Assembly: GCA_001786765.1 (NCBI GenBank)
Contig: MFTH01000008.1
Location: 2,939-66,938, forward strand
Direction of reading: 5' to 3'
Source of the DNA: Candidatus Nomurabacteria bacterium RIFCSPHIGHO2_01_FULL_37_25
Lineage (GTDB): Bacteria; Patescibacteriota; Minisyncoccia; Phycocordibacterales; UBA9973
DNA: 64,000 bases
Shown in pieces: positions 10,544-20,379 of the stretch (position 1 is its first letter; the number at the start of each line of letters is the position of its first letter). The position numbers and the translations under genes were made by a program. A model generated the notes under the pieces. The model saw only the letters and a program-made list of their open reading frames with translations, did not search any database and was not told the origin of the DNA.

Positions 10544-10986
10544 TATTTTCAAACAACATTTTAATACGACTTACAATTTTTATTTTAGGCTTTTGTGGTT
10601 TTATGGTGGCCAAGCATATATTTAAGAGAAAAAATGATACTGAAAAACCACTTGTTTGTCCACTAAAATTTGATTGTCACAAAGTAGTTCATAGCGATTA
10701 TTCTAAACTTTTTGGTGTGCCGGTGGATATTTTTGGAATGATTTATTATGGTTTTATATCGGTTTTTTACCTTTTTTTTATTTTTAGGCCTGAGCCCCTA
10801 CCATTTATTCTAGTCAATTTTTTAATAACTTTGTCTTTAATGGCGTTTCTCTTTTCTATTTATCTGATAATTGTGCAAATTTTTATATTAAAAAATGGAT
10901 GCTTTTGGTGTATCATTTCCACTTTTATTTCCACTTTTATTTTTATTTTAACTCTACTTCCTCATGTTTTTAGTTCTATGCCTTAA
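10540..10986 (+). CDS. vitamin K epoxide reductase (VKOR) family protein
   Basis: 148 aa membrane protein with loop Cys pair (CPLKFDC) and CFWC (CXXC) active-site motif. Confidence 0.55.
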   Translation: MIFSNNILIRLTIFILGFCGFMVAKHIFKRKNDTEKPLVCPLKFDCHKVVHSDYSKLFGVPVDIFGMIYYGFISVFYLFFIFRPEPLPFILVNFLITLSLMAFLFSIYLIIVQIFILKNGCFWCIISTFISTFIFILTLLPHVFSSMP

Positions 10987-11045
10987 GTTTTCAAAAAATT
11001 ATAACTAGCATTTATAGACTTTTTTTGTTATAAATAAAAACACAT

Positions 11046-11119
11046 GGTGCCTATGGTGTAATAGTAGCACTAGAGCTTGTGGAGCTCTAAGATTCGGAGC
11101 ATAACCGAATAGGCACCCA
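11046..11119 (+). tRNA. tRNA-His(GTG) with genome-encoded G-1
   Basis: hand fold: G-1 plus acceptor GTGCCTA/TAGGCAC, discriminator C, anticodon stem AGAGC/GCTCT, loop TTGTGGA; T-loop AGCATAA atypical. Confidence 0.7.
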
Positions 11120-11148
11120 ATTTTAGTATATAATTAAAGTATAATAGT

Positions 11149-11535
11149 TTATCTTTTTTCTATATCTTGGTCTATATGATCTAATTTCTTTTCCAGTCTA
11201 CTCAAAGTGCTTTGTAAATCCTGTAGCTCTGCTTCTTCTGTTTTTATTTCATTTACTTCTTTTTCCGCTAATTTTTTTTCACCAGAAAGTCCAGAAATAA
11301 TCAATCGATTTCCAATAAAAGCGGAGACAAATACTCCTGTCACAAGGAGAATAATACTGCCAATCAAAATTGAAACAATACTACTGATATTTATATCATC
11401 TGCGATATGCCATACTCCGCGCCAAAACAATACCACTCCTATGCCCCCAAATAATGCGTAAACAATAGGATAATGACTCAATTTTCCTCTTACTTTATCT
11501 TCTAATTTATCAAAAAATTTTAATATTTTTTTCAT
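11149..11535 (-). CDS. hypothetical membrane / coiled-coil protein
   Basis: 128 aa; TM segment followed by Glu/Lys-rich coiled coil. Confidence 0.3.
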   Translation of the reverse strand: MKKILKFFDKLEDKVRGKLSHYPIVYALFGGIGVVLFWRGVWHIADDINISSIVSILIGSIILLVTGVFVSAFIGNRLIISGLSGEKKLAEKEVNEIKTEEAELQDLQSTLSRLEKKLDHIDQDIEKR

Positions 11536-11601
11536 TGATGTATTATTTATTATACATGAATAGTAGGATTATTTCTATATATATCGTATAATATATGAAT
11601 T

Positions 11602-12132
11602 ATGTCGCAAAATCATATTTCATTCTTAAAGTCACTCTTTGGCGAGAACGAAGAGCCGGGAAGAAAAATACTTCGTAGTATAAAAGCAAAAGCTTACGCT
11701 AAAAGAACTCTCACAGAAAAAATAACTGACTGGATGACTTCTAGTTTTGGGAGCAATACTTTCTTATTATTTAACATTTTTTTATTTGTTGCCTGGATAC
11801 TTATCAATACCAATCAAATAAAAATAATACCCCCATTTGACCCTTTCCCTTTTAATCTCTTAACCACCTTTGTTTCCTTGGAAGCTATTTTTCTTGCAAT
11901 CTTTGTGCTTATTTCTCAGAATCGCAGTTCAAAAGTAGATGATTTACGAGAAGAAACTCATTTACAGCTTAACCTTATTTCCGAAAAGGAAATTACCAAA
12001 TTGATGAAAATGACGGCATTGCTTCTAGAAAAAGAAGGGATAGACTTATCACAAGATCCGGAATTAAAGAAAATGATTCGTCCAGTCTCCGAAGAAGAAA
12101 TAGAAAAAAGATTGGAGAAGGAAATTTTGTAA
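11602..12132 (+). CDS. DUF1003-like membrane protein
   Basis: 176 aa, two TM helices then coiled-coil tail. Confidence 0.35.
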   Translation: MSQNHISFLKSLFGENEEPGRKILRSIKAKAYAKRTLTEKITDWMTSSFGSNTFLLFNIFLFVAWILINTNQIKIIPPFDPFPFNLLTTFVSLEAIFLAIFVLISQNRSSKVDDLREETHLQLNLISEKEITKLMKMTALLLEKEGIDLSQDPELKKMIRPVSEEEIEKRLEKEIL

Positions 12133-12147
12133 TAAGGGAACAATATT

Positions 12148-13233
12148 ATGGAGATTCATAAAGACTACGATTTAACTAAATTAAACACTTTTGGCATTTC
12201 CGTGAGCGCCAAATTTTTTATTGAAATACATGATAAAACAGATTTAGAAAATCTTTTTGACACCCCAGAGTTTAAAAATAATAAAAAATTATTTTTAGGA
12301 GGCGGAAGCAATATTTTGTTTACGAAAAATTTTGATGGTTTGGTTGTTTTAAATAAATTAAAAGGAATAAAGATTTTAAGTGAAAGTTCCACGGATGTTG
12401 TAATCCATGCAATGAGTGGAGAGATTTGGCATGACCTTGTTATTTTTGCTGTGGAGCGTGGCTACTGGGGTATTGAGAATCTGTCGCTTATCCCTGGCAC
12501 AGTCGGCGCCGCGCCAATGCAAAATATTGGAGCCTATGGAGCGGAACTTAGAGATGTTCTCGAGAGTGTTGAAGCCTATGATCTAGAAAGTGGCAAAGAG
12601 AATAAGAAGAAAGTTTTTAGTAGAGAAGAGTGTTTATTTGGCTACCGAGACAGTATTTTCAAAAATGAGTTAAAAGACAAGTATTTTATTTTTGCCATAA
12701 CTTTAAAATTAAGCAAGGTAGAGAAAAAAAATATAAGTTATAAAATATTGCGAGAGTATTTAGAGAATCTGTATGCGCAGACAGGAAACAAAATTGTTCC
12801 GTATTCCTTGAAAGACATAAGCGATGCAGTCGGAGCTATACGCAAGAGTAAATTGCCAGATCCAGCCATTATCCCCAATGCAGGAAGTTTTTTTAAAAAT
12901 ATTTTTGTGGAGGAAGAAAAATTAAATGAGTTATTAAAAATTTATCCCAACATGCCGTATTTTGAAGAAAAAAACGGAAGAAAAAACGGAAGCAAGGCTT
13001 CCGTTTTTATTGCTTCCGTTTTTAAAAAAATTCCCGCCGCGTGGTTGATTGAACAGTGTGGATGGAAAGGCAAGAGAATAGGCAATGTCGGTGTTCATAA
13101 TATGCAGGCTTTGGTTCTAGTTAATTATGGTGGAGCAACTGAAGAAGAAGTAAAAAATTTAGCAGAGAGCATTATCGCTGATGTGAAAAACAAATTTGGT
13201 CTTGTTCTTATACCAGAAGTAAATTTGATTTAA
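12148..13233 (+). CDS. murB: UDP-N-acetylenolpyruvoylglucosamine reductase
   Basis: 361 aa; FAD-binding N-domain (LGGGSNILF) and MurB C-domain. Confidence 0.8.
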   Translation: MEIHKDYDLTKLNTFGISVSAKFFIEIHDKTDLENLFDTPEFKNNKKLFLGGGSNILFTKNFDGLVVLNKLKGIKILSESSTDVVIHAMSGEIWHDLVIFAVERGYWGIENLSLIPGTVGAAPMQNIGAYGAELRDVLESVEAYDLESGKENKKKVFSREECLFGYRDSIFKNELKDKYFIFAITLKLSKVEKKNISYKILREYLENLYAQTGNKIVPYSLKDISDAVGAIRKSKLPDPAIIPNAGSFFKNIFVEEEKLNELLKIYPNMPYFEEKNGRKNGSKASVFIASVFKKIPAAWLIEQCGWKGKRIGNVGVHNMQALVLVNYGGATEEEVKNLAESIIADVKNKFGLVLIPEVNLI

Positions 13234-13294
13234 TTTTTTTTGAGTATATAATTATTCAGACTTATTATTTTTAATTATTAATTAATATAAATAT

Positions 13295-13756
13295 ATGGAA
13301 AAGAAAAACGATATGAATATTACTGTATCAGTAATAATTTGTTTGGCTCTGGTTGGTTTTTTAATTTTTATCAGTATGAATAATAAAACAAATATGAATT
13401 CAAATGACAATGTAGATAATAATATGATTCCAGCTGAAGATGTGGCTAAAACAGGCCTGTCTGCGCAGGCGGGAGATACAGTTTCAATGAATTACACAGG
13501 CAGACTAGAAAATGGCACAGTTTTTGATTCAAATGTTGACCCAAAATTCAATCATGTTGAGCCTTTTGTTTTTAATTTAGGCGCTGGACAAGTTATTTCG
13601 GGCTGGGATAAAGGCATAGTCGGAATGAAAATCGGCGAGAAAAAGACGCTGACAATAACCCCCGAAGATGCTTACGGCGCAAGAGGTGTTCCTGGTGTTA
13701 TTCCTCCAAATTCTACACTGGTCTTTGATGTTGAACTTGTTTCTATTAATAAATAA
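13295..13756 (+). CDS. FKBP-type peptidyl-prolyl cis-trans isomerase
   Basis: [26 protein letters not shown]...[8 protein letters not shown] FKBP signature. Confidence 0.8.
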   Translation: [153 protein letters not shown]

Positions 13757-13787
13757 TCTGCTCTACCGTAGCGTGGATGTAAAAAAT

Positions 13788-14603
13788 ATGGACAGTATAA
13801 ATAATTTGCCAAATGAGTATGTGAAAAATTTATATAAAGCGTTATTAAGTTTTTTAGTCGTTCTTATTTTATTCTTTGCTGTAAAATCAGTAAGTGAATG
13901 GAGATCTATCGGTATGATGGTCAATAATACCGTCACTCTCTCCGGTCATGGGGAAGTTAATGCTGTGCCAGACATTGCAAATGTTTATTTTACTATTCGC
14001 AAAGAAGGAAAAACGGTAAAAGAAGCGCAAAATGCTGTGGCTGTCATAGAAAAATCATCACTGGATTTCTTAAAAAATAATAGTGTGGCAGAAAAAGATA
14101 TTAAAACTACCAATTCTTCTTTTAATCCTAAATATGAATACAGGTATGATACAAAAACATTAATGCCTTGCAATGAGTTTGGTTGTCCGCCTCGTCCGGG
14201 CAAGAATGTGATTTCAGGCTATGAAGCGTATGAGAATATAACGGTTAAAGTTAGAAATACGGATGATGTGGGGAAAATAATGCAAGGTTTGGGAGAACTT
14301 GGTGTTTCAGAGTTAAGTGGTCCTAATTTTACGATAGATAACGAAGATGACCTAAAAGCTCTTGCTCGAAAAAAAGCAATTGACGACGCCAAAGAAAAAG
14401 CAAAAATTCTGGCCAGAGATTTGGGGGTAAGGTTGGGTAAAGTAGTGAACTTCAGCGAAGGTGGCGAATACGGAGGGCCTATGTACTTTGCCGAATCTGC
14501 GATGATGAAGAACAATATGGGGGGAGACACTATTTCGGCGGAAATTCCTAAAGGCGAGAACACCATTAGTTCAGATGTGACTATAGTTTACGAGATAAGA
14601 TAA
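13788..14603 (+). CDS. SIMPL/DUF541 domain periplasmic protein
   Basis: signal/TM then SIMPL-like beta-rich domain (VTLSGHGEV...); start taken at internal MDSINN. Confidence 0.5.
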   Translation: MDSINNLPNEYVKNLYKALLSFLVVLILFFAVKSVSEWRSIGMMVNNTVTLSGHGEVNAVPDIANVYFTIRKEGKTVKEAQNAVAVIEKSSLDFLKNNSVAEKDIKTTNSSFNPKYEYRYDTKTLMPCNEFGCPPRPGKNVISGYEAYENITVKVRNTDDVGKIMQGLGELGVSELSGPNFTIDNEDDLKALARKKAIDDAKEKAKILARDLGVRLGKVVNFSEGGEYGGPMYFAESAMMKNNMGGDTISAEIPKGENTISSDVTIVYEIR

Positions 14604-14650
14604 GTCCGTATAAAAAATTTGACTATTTTACGCAAAAAGAGTAGTCTTTA

Positions 14651-14676
14651 AAAAGCCCTTGAAAGGGGGCTTTTTA
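14651..14676 (+). terminator. rho-independent terminator
   Basis: AAGCCCTTGAAAGGGGGCTTTTT hairpin plus U-tract. Confidence 0.6.
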
Positions 14677-14715
14677 ATAAATTGGGTTCTACTTTCTAGG
14701 TTATAGAAAAAAATA

Positions 14716-14750
14716 CTAGAAACTAGTCACTAGTCACTAGCAACTAGACG
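14716..14750. repeat. tandem heptad repeat ACTAGTC x3-4 upstream of secE
   Basis: actagtcactagtcactagcaactagacg read directly. Confidence 0.6.
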
Positions 14751-14758
14751 CTAATTTT

Positions 14759-14941
14759 ATGAAGATTGTTGAATACTTAAAAGAGACTAAAACAGAGTTA
14801 AAACATGTGATTTGGCCAGAGTGGAGTCAGACTTTTTACTATACTTTGGTTATTATAGTTTTGTCTGTGACAGTTGCGTATTATTTAGGTATTTTTGATT
14901 TTATTTTTTCAAAAGGATTAGAAAAGGTAATAACCCCCTAA
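14759..14941 (+). CDS. secE: preprotein translocase subunit SecE
   Basis: 60 aa single-TM; conserved secE-nusG-rplK order. Confidence 0.75.
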   Translation: MKIVEYLKETKTELKHVIWPEWSQTFYYTLVIIVLSVTVAYYLGIFDFIFSKGLEKVITP

Positions 14942-14948
14942 GGTTGTC

Positions 14949-15491
14949 ATGAAACAAGAAGAACAAGGAGCTAGAAATTGGTATGCTATCCATACTTACG
15001 CCGGGTATGAAAATGTTGTTCTGCGCAATTTAAAACAACGTATTGATTCTCTAGCAATGAATGACGAAATTTTTAATGTTATCGTTCCAGTTGAAAAGAA
15101 AATAAAAATAAAAGGAAGTAAAAGGGTGGAAGTGGAAGAAAAAATTTACCCCGGGTATGTCTTAGTGGACATGATTGTCACGGATGATTCTTGGTATGTT
15201 GTGCGCAATACTCCGCGAGTTACCGGTTTTGTCGGCGCTGGAGTAAACCCCGTGCCACTTAAAAAAGAAGAAGTGGAATATCTTTTCAAGAAAATGGATG
15301 TCAGTGTGGCAAAACATAATATTGATATGGTTGTTGGTGAAAGTATTTTGATTATTGATGGTCCGTTTAAGGATCTCGAGGGAAAAATTAATTCTATAGA
15401 CCAAGACCGTGGAAAAGTAAAAGTGCTTGTTTCAATGTTTGGTCGCGAGACTCCCGTAGAGCTAGATTTCTTGCAAGTCAAGAAAATTTAA
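14949..15491 (+). CDS. nusG: transcription termination/antitermination factor NusG
   Basis: NGN domain (NWYAIHTYAGYE) plus KOW. Confidence 0.85.
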   Translation: MKQEEQGARNWYAIHTYAGYENVVLRNLKQRIDSLAMNDEIFNVIVPVEKKIKIKGSKRVEVEEKIYPGYVLVDMIVTDDSWYVVRNTPRVTGFVGAGVNPVPLKKEEVEYLFKKMDVSVAKHNIDMVVGESILIIDGPFKDLEGKINSIDQDRGKVKVLVSMFGRETPVELDFLQVKKI

Positions 15492-15506
15492 GTTAATCTC
15501 AAATAT

Positions 15507-15929
15507 ATGGCAAAAAAAATAACCAAAAAAATAAAACTCCAAATAGAAGCCGCCAAGGCTACTCCTGCGCCTCCTTTGGGGCCGGCGCTTGGTCAAGCAG
15601 GCATTAACATAGGGGACTTTGTGACTAAATTCAACACTGCAACAGCCAAAATGGCAGGGGATAAAGTTGGAGTTTCTATTACAGTTTATGAAGATAGAAG
15701 TTATGATTTCTTTGTTAAAACTCCTCCAGCAACTGGTCTTATATTAAAAGCGGCTGGGGTAGAGAAAGGTTCAGGCAAGAATGTCGCGACTAAAGCGGGG
15801 AAAATAACTCGCGCTCAAGCTCTAGAAATAGCTAAAAAGAAAATGCCTGATTTAAATGCAAAAGATGATGACGGCGCTATAAATATCATTGTCGGCTCTG
15901 CTAGGAGTATGGGCATTGAGGTGAAATAA
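15507..15929 (+). CDS. rplK: 50S ribosomal protein L11
   Basis: [14 protein letters not shown] motif. Confidence 0.9.
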   Translation: MAKKITKKIKLQIEAAKATPAPPLGPALGQAGINIGDFVTKFNTATAKMAGDKVGVSITVYEDRSYDFFVKTPPATGLILKAAGVEKGSGKNVATKAGKITRAQALEIAKKKMPDLNAKDDDGAINIIVGSARSMGIEVK

Positions 15930-15948
15930 TGTTTATAAAAACAAAATA

Positions 15949-15985
15949 AAAAGCCAACAAGAAATTGTTGGCTTTTTATTTTGTT
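15949..15985 (+). terminator. rho-independent terminator after rplK
   Basis: AAGCCAACAA-GAAA-TTGTTGGCTT stem then TTTTATTTT. Confidence 0.6.
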
Positions 15986-16006
15986 TAGAGTATATTAAAG
16001 AGGAAT

Positions 16007-16333
16007 ATGATAGACTTAAAAAAATTACAAAAAAAAATAATAGCTAATAGAAAAGCAAAAGGTTTCAGTAATGATGTTGTTCGAGACCTTTGTCGCACAT
16101 ACGAAGAGCTCTCTGAAGCTTTCTCTAAATATGATAGGGGAGAAGACGGAGTTGCGGAAGAATTCGCGGATGTGATTATTTTTATTCTGGGGATATCTTA
16201 TAATCTTGGTTTCGATCTGGAAAAGGAATTGATAGCTAAAATAGAAAAAAATAGAAAACGTAAATATCAAAAAAAGAAATCTCTTGACGGAAAAGATATT
16301 TTTATTCGCATTAAAACTCCAGAAGATCCTTAA
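16007..16333 (+). CDS. MazG-like nucleotide pyrophosphohydrolase (small type)
   Basis: 108 aa; EELSEAF...EEFADVIIFILGI MazG/EEXXE helix motifs. Confidence 0.55.
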   Translation: MIDLKKLQKKIIANRKAKGFSNDVVRDLCRTYEELSEAFSKYDRGEDGVAEEFADVIIFILGISYNLGFDLEKELIAKIEKNRKRKYQKKKSLDGKDIFIRIKTPEDP

Positions 16334-16342
16334 AACTACTGC

Positions 16343-16876
16343 TTAGAATTTCTCGTACACAGAAAATGTATAATCAAAAAGATTTTTTTCATCCGCTTTG
16401 TGTTCTGTGTGTGAAATTTCATTCCAAACCATTGGAATAATTTCTGGGAAAAAACTGTCAGCTTCTTTATCTTCTGCGTCAATGTGTGTTATATAAAGTT
16501 TATCAGCTATTTCCATAGATTGTTTATACAATTCTCCTCCTCCGATTATAAAAATTTCCTCATTTTTATCAGGAAATAAATCAAACGCTTCAGAGAGGGA
16601 ATGAACAATTTCAACTCCTGCATGCGTAGTCAGGTTTTTTTGTTTATAATTTGCGTCTCGAGTGATTATTATATTTCTTCGATTTGGCAGTGGTTTCCCC
16701 ATAGGCTCGCCCGTAGGGCTACGCCCGAGGGATTCAAAAGTTTTTCTTCCCATAATAACTGCGTGCAGTTCTGTAATATTTCTAAAATGTTTCATATCAG
16801 CAGGCATATGCCAAAGCAAAGAGTTGTTTTTCCCCAGTTCGTTATTTTTACCGATAGCGGCGATGAGTGAAATCAT
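16343..16876 (-). CDS. folA: dihydrofolate reductase
   Basis: MISLIAAIGKNNELGKNNSLLWHMPADMKHF...IMGRKTFESLG DHFR signature. Confidence 0.85.
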   Translation of the reverse strand: MISLIAAIGKNNELGKNNSLLWHMPADMKHFRNITELHAVIMGRKTFESLGRSPTGEPMGKPLPNRRNIIITRDANYKQKNLTTHAGVEIVHSLSEAFDLFPDKNEEIFIIGGGELYKQSMEIADKLYITHIDAEDKEADSFFPEIIPMVWNEISHTEHKADEKNLFDYTFSVYEKF

Positions 16877-16879
16877 TAT

Positions 16880-17713
16880 TTATTTTACAATATTTAATCC
16901 AGTAATTGGTTCTCCGGGTTTATAGTATGGTTCAAATGCTTTATAGATTTCATCTACCAAATTTTCATCTTTTTTTTCTGCCCGATCAAATATATCATCA
17001 GGAAAGATTGGAAAGATATTTGCATGATTATTTGTTCTCGTTATCAATTCTTTTGCTCCCTCATAATGAATGTCATAAATATGCGCGTTGGAAATTGTAT
17101 GTGTGTATATTCCAGGCTTCACTTTTAATTTTTGAGCCAAGGTGCACAATAATAAAACAAAACCAAAAGTATCAAATGGACAACCCAGCATCATATCATT
17201 AGACCTTATAATATTGTGCAAGTTGAGACGCCCTCCGATAATATTTACAGTGAAAGCGAAAAGACAAGGCACATTTTTCTTTGGAGTTCCTCCATGTCCA
17301 TCGTCATTTGGGTCCCAGGTGATGATCACTCCATGCCTTGAGCTAGGATCTTTTTGTAATAATTCTACTAAACTAGTTAGTTGGTCTCTTTTAAAATGAT
17401 GTTTCCAGCGATACCCATAAGCTGAAGTTATAGTGCCATCAGGTTCAATGAATTCATCCCACATTTTAGTATATTTTCTCAAAAATTCTGTATTTTTTTC
17501 TCCAGAAATAAACCAAATTTGTTCGGCGATTGGGGATTTGATGGGATTCTTTCTCAGTGTTAATACTGGGAAACCATCTTTTTCTAAATCAATTTGAAAA
17601 GTAATTCCAGGCAAGGCCTTTGTTTTATGCCCTGTGCGCTCGTTTAATTCTTCAATGCCTTCCTCCATTATTTTTTTTAGAATGTTTTGGTAGATTGTGT
17701 CGAAGGTGGTCAT
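16880..17713 (-). CDS. thyA: thymidylate synthase (divergent ThyA)
   Basis: RSNDMMLGCPFDTFGF motif and catalytic Cys (VPCLFAF); sits directly upstream of folA. Confidence 0.75.
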   Translation of the reverse strand: MTTFDTIYQNILKKIMEEGIEELNERTGHKTKALPGITFQIDLEKDGFPVLTLRKNPIKSPIAEQIWFISGEKNTEFLRKYTKMWDEFIEPDGTITSAYGYRWKHHFKRDQLTSLVELLQKDPSSRHGVIITWDPNDDGHGGTPKKNVPCLFAFTVNIIGGRLNLHNIIRSNDMMLGCPFDTFGFVLLLCTLAQKLKVKPGIYTHTISNAHIYDIHYEGAKELITRTNNHANIFPIFPDDIFDRAEKKDENLVDEIYKAFEPYYKPGEPITGLNIVK

Positions 17714-17727
17714 ATAGTAGAGTATAT

Positions 17728-18237
17728 ATGAATAAAAGTATTATGGAAAGTGATCAAAATAAAATCAAATATCCATATTTACCAAAAGGCAGGACTATTT
17801 TATATGTGCCGGAGGATAATAAATATATGTTTTTTGCAAAAGAAATTACCCTTACGCAATCAACTGATAAAAAGATTTCCACGGGAGCTGTGATTGTAGA
17901 TGAAGATGGAAAAATTTTAGTTAGTGCGGCCAATCAATCTGCGCTCAAAAATCAATATCTTTTAGATACCCATAAAAATTGGTGCATCAGAAAACTTTTT
18001 AAAATTCCATCGGGTCAAAAATATTGGCTATGTCCCGGTTGCGCATCGCACAAGAATCACGGAGAATATCAAGCAGTAATGGCTTTGGAGAAAAAGTTCC
18101 CACAGAAAATTAATTCCACTTTAGATTTATATTTATGGGGACATTGGTGGTGTTGCAAGCCTTGTTGGGATAAAATGATAGAAGTTGGAATTAAGAATGT
18201 ATACCTTATGGAAGGTATTGATAAACTTTTTAAATAA
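17728..18237 (+). CDS. dCMP/CMP deaminase zinc-binding family protein
   Basis: H-G-E and PCxxC zinc-binding motifs; start moved to MNKSIM to avoid overlap with thyA. Confidence 0.55.
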   Translation: MNKSIMESDQNKIKYPYLPKGRTILYVPEDNKYMFFAKEITLTQSTDKKISTGAVIVDEDGKILVSAANQSALKNQYLLDTHKNWCIRKLFKIPSGQKYWLCPGCASHKNHGEYQAVMALEKKFPQKINSTLDLYLWGHWWCCKPCWDKMIEVGIKNVYLMEGIDKLFK

Positions 18238-18239
18238 AA

Positions 18240-19043
18240 ATGATGATAGAAAATAAAGATCTAAAAATTTTAGTCAAAGCTGCTCATGCTGGCGGGAAAG
18301 TTCTGAAAAAATATTTTGGACAGGTCTTAAATCTAAAAGAAAAATCAACTTTGGCGGACTTTCAAACTGAGGCTGATATTGAGTCAGAAGAAGCAATTTT
18401 AAAAATTATAAAAAAAGAATTATCCCCATACAATATTCAATCCGAGGAAGAAGGCAAAATTCACAACGGATCTTATTATACAGTTGTGATTGATCCCATG
18501 GATGGCACGAATAATTTTGTAACAGGTATTCCAAATTTTACTGTTTCAATTGGTTTATTGCATAAAGGTCAGGCTGTTTTGGGTGTTATTTACCAGCCAA
18601 TACTTGATCAAACTTTTACTGCAGAGAAAGACAAGGGCGCATATCTAAACGGAAAGAAAATAACAGTTAATGATGTAAAAGATTCTAAAAGAAGCACTGT
18701 TACTTATATTTGTGGGTACAAAACCGATAGAGTCTACCTCGGTAGTGTAATGAATTCGTTGCTGGTTGGAGGTCATAAAAGAATTCTCTATAATTGGTCG
18801 GGAGCTTATGATTATTGTTTGCTTGCTTTGGGTAAAGTGGAGTCAGTTATCACCGACGGCATAGAACTTCACGATTATGCAGCCGGCAAGCTTATAGCAG
18901 CTGAAGCAGGAGGTAAGATTATTGATTTTGGTGGAAAAAAAGAAATTGATTATACTAACGATAAATTTATTATCAGCAATACTGATCAAGTTAACCAATA
19001 TATTTTAAATATAATTAAACCCTTGCAAACATTGACAAAATAG
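18240..19043 (+). CDS. inositol monophosphatase family protein (SuhB-like)
   Basis: DPMDGTNNF metal-binding motif. Confidence 0.75.
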   Translation: MMIENKDLKILVKAAHAGGKVLKKYFGQVLNLKEKSTLADFQTEADIESEEAILKIIKKELSPYNIQSEEEGKIHNGSYYTVVIDPMDGTNNFVTGIPNFTVSIGLLHKGQAVLGVIYQPILDQTFTAEKDKGAYLNGKKITVNDVKDSKRSTVTYICGYKTDRVYLGSVMNSLLVGGHKRILYNWSGAYDYCLLALGKVESVITDGIELHDYAAGKLIAAEAGGKIIDFGGKKEIDYTNDKFIISNTDQVNQYILNIIKPLQTLTK

Positions 19044-19103
19044 ACGCTAAATGTTATTCTTTGAACATCATTCTCACTAATTACATTTTGGGAGTGGCCC
19101 ATT

Positions 19104-20354
19104 ATGTACACACGTCATTCGGGTAGCCTGCGGGCTAGCCATTCGGTTGCGCCGAGCAAATTCGCGCGTCCTAGAAAATTTAATAATTCTCGTCCACGTT
19201 TTGGTGGGAGGAAAATAACAAACAAAAGATCTCGCGGAGAGCGGATAGATTTTTCTCGTTTCATTAAGAAGAATATTTATGTGGAAGAAAAACCTTATGT
19301 GTCCAAACATACTTTTGCGGATTTTTCTTTTCATTCGCAACTGCGCAAAAATATAGCTCGAGCCGGGTTCATTCATCCGAGACCCATCCAGGATCAAGCG
19401 ATACCAATAGTGCTCACTGGCAAGGACGTTTTTGGTATGGCTAATACCGGCACAGGAAAAACGGCGGCATTTCTCTTACCCTTAATTGAAAAAATTTCAA
19501 AAACGAAAGGGCAAGCTAAGAGAGAGACGGTCTTAATAATGGCGCCAACTAGAGAGCTCGCGCTTCAAATAGAGACTGATTTCAAAAACCTAGCTTTTGG
19601 ATTCGGAATGTTTTCCGTAGCTTGTGTGGGGGGTTTGCCTATAATGAAACAAATCAGAGAAATAAAGCTCGGAGTGTCGTTCGTTATCGGCACGCCGGGA
19701 CGTTTGCGGGATTTGATTGATAAAAAGGTTTTAGATTTGTCTAAATGTTACAGTGTGGTTCTCGATGAAGCTGATCGAATGCTCGATATGGGATTTCGTG
19801 ATGACATGGTTTACATAATAGGTAAAACCGCGAAAGAAAGACAGACATTATTTTTCTCCGCGACTCTTTCTTCTGAAATTAAAAAATTAACAGAGCAATA
19901 TCTAAAAGACCCTGTTTTTATTTCTGTTATTTCTGGCGAGACAGCTAAGAACATTGACCAGGATGTAGTGCGATACAGAGGAGCCGATGAAAGATTGCAA
20001 AAGCTTCATGAAGTTCTAAAGCAAGACGGTTCGGATAAAGTTTTAATTTTCCGCGAGAGAAAACATCATGTAGACGAATTAGAAAAAGATCTTAAACGAG
20101 TGGGCTTAAAGGCAGGCGCAATTCATGGAGACAAAAGAAGTCGTGAACGAATTCGCATTCTTGATTCGTTTAAAAAAGACCATATAAATATATTGATTGC
20201 CACAGATGTAGCCGCGCGAGGACTGGACATTCCAGATGTTACTCACGTTATAAACTACGATGTACCGCAGACTTACGATACCTATGTGCATCGTATCGGC
20301 CGAACCGGTCGTAGCGGTAAAAAGGGAACGGCGTTGACCTTTGTGCCGGGGTAA
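19104..20354 (+). CDS. DEAD-box ATP-dependent RNA helicase
   Basis: Q-motif, GTGKTAAF, DEAD, SAT, HRIGRTGR; Arg-rich N-terminal tail. Confidence 0.85.
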   Translation: MYTRHSGSLRASHSVAPSKFARPRKFNNSRPRFGGRKITNKRSRGERIDFSRFIKKNIYVEEKPYVSKHTFADFSFHSQLRKNIARAGFIHPRPIQDQAIPIVLTGKDVFGMANTGTGKTAAFLLPLIEKISKTKGQAKRETVLIMAPTRELALQIETDFKNLAFGFGMFSVACVGGLPIMKQIREIKLGVSFVIGTPGRLRDLIDKKVLDLSKCYSVVLDEADRMLDMGFRDDMVYIIGKTAKERQTLFFSATLSSEIKKLTEQYLKDPVFISVISGETAKNIDQDVVRYRGADERLQKLHEVLKQDGSDKVLIFRERKHHVDELEKDLKRVGLKAGAIHGDKRSRERIRILDSFKKDHINILIATDVAARGLDIPDVTHVINYDVPQTYDTYVHRIGRTGRSGKKGTALTFVPG

Positions 20355-20379
20355 AATAAATTCAGAGTATAAAATAAAA

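Noticed and set aside
17620-17727. Longer start (17620) for the dCMP deaminase-like gene
   Set aside because: It would overlap the thyA start region by ~90 nt on the opposite strand. The internal Met at 17728 lies directly after thyA.
19077-19397. 106-aa minus-strand ORF overlapping the DEAD-box helicase N-terminus
   Set aside because: Fully overlaps the better-supported helicase gene on the opposite strand. No homology signal.
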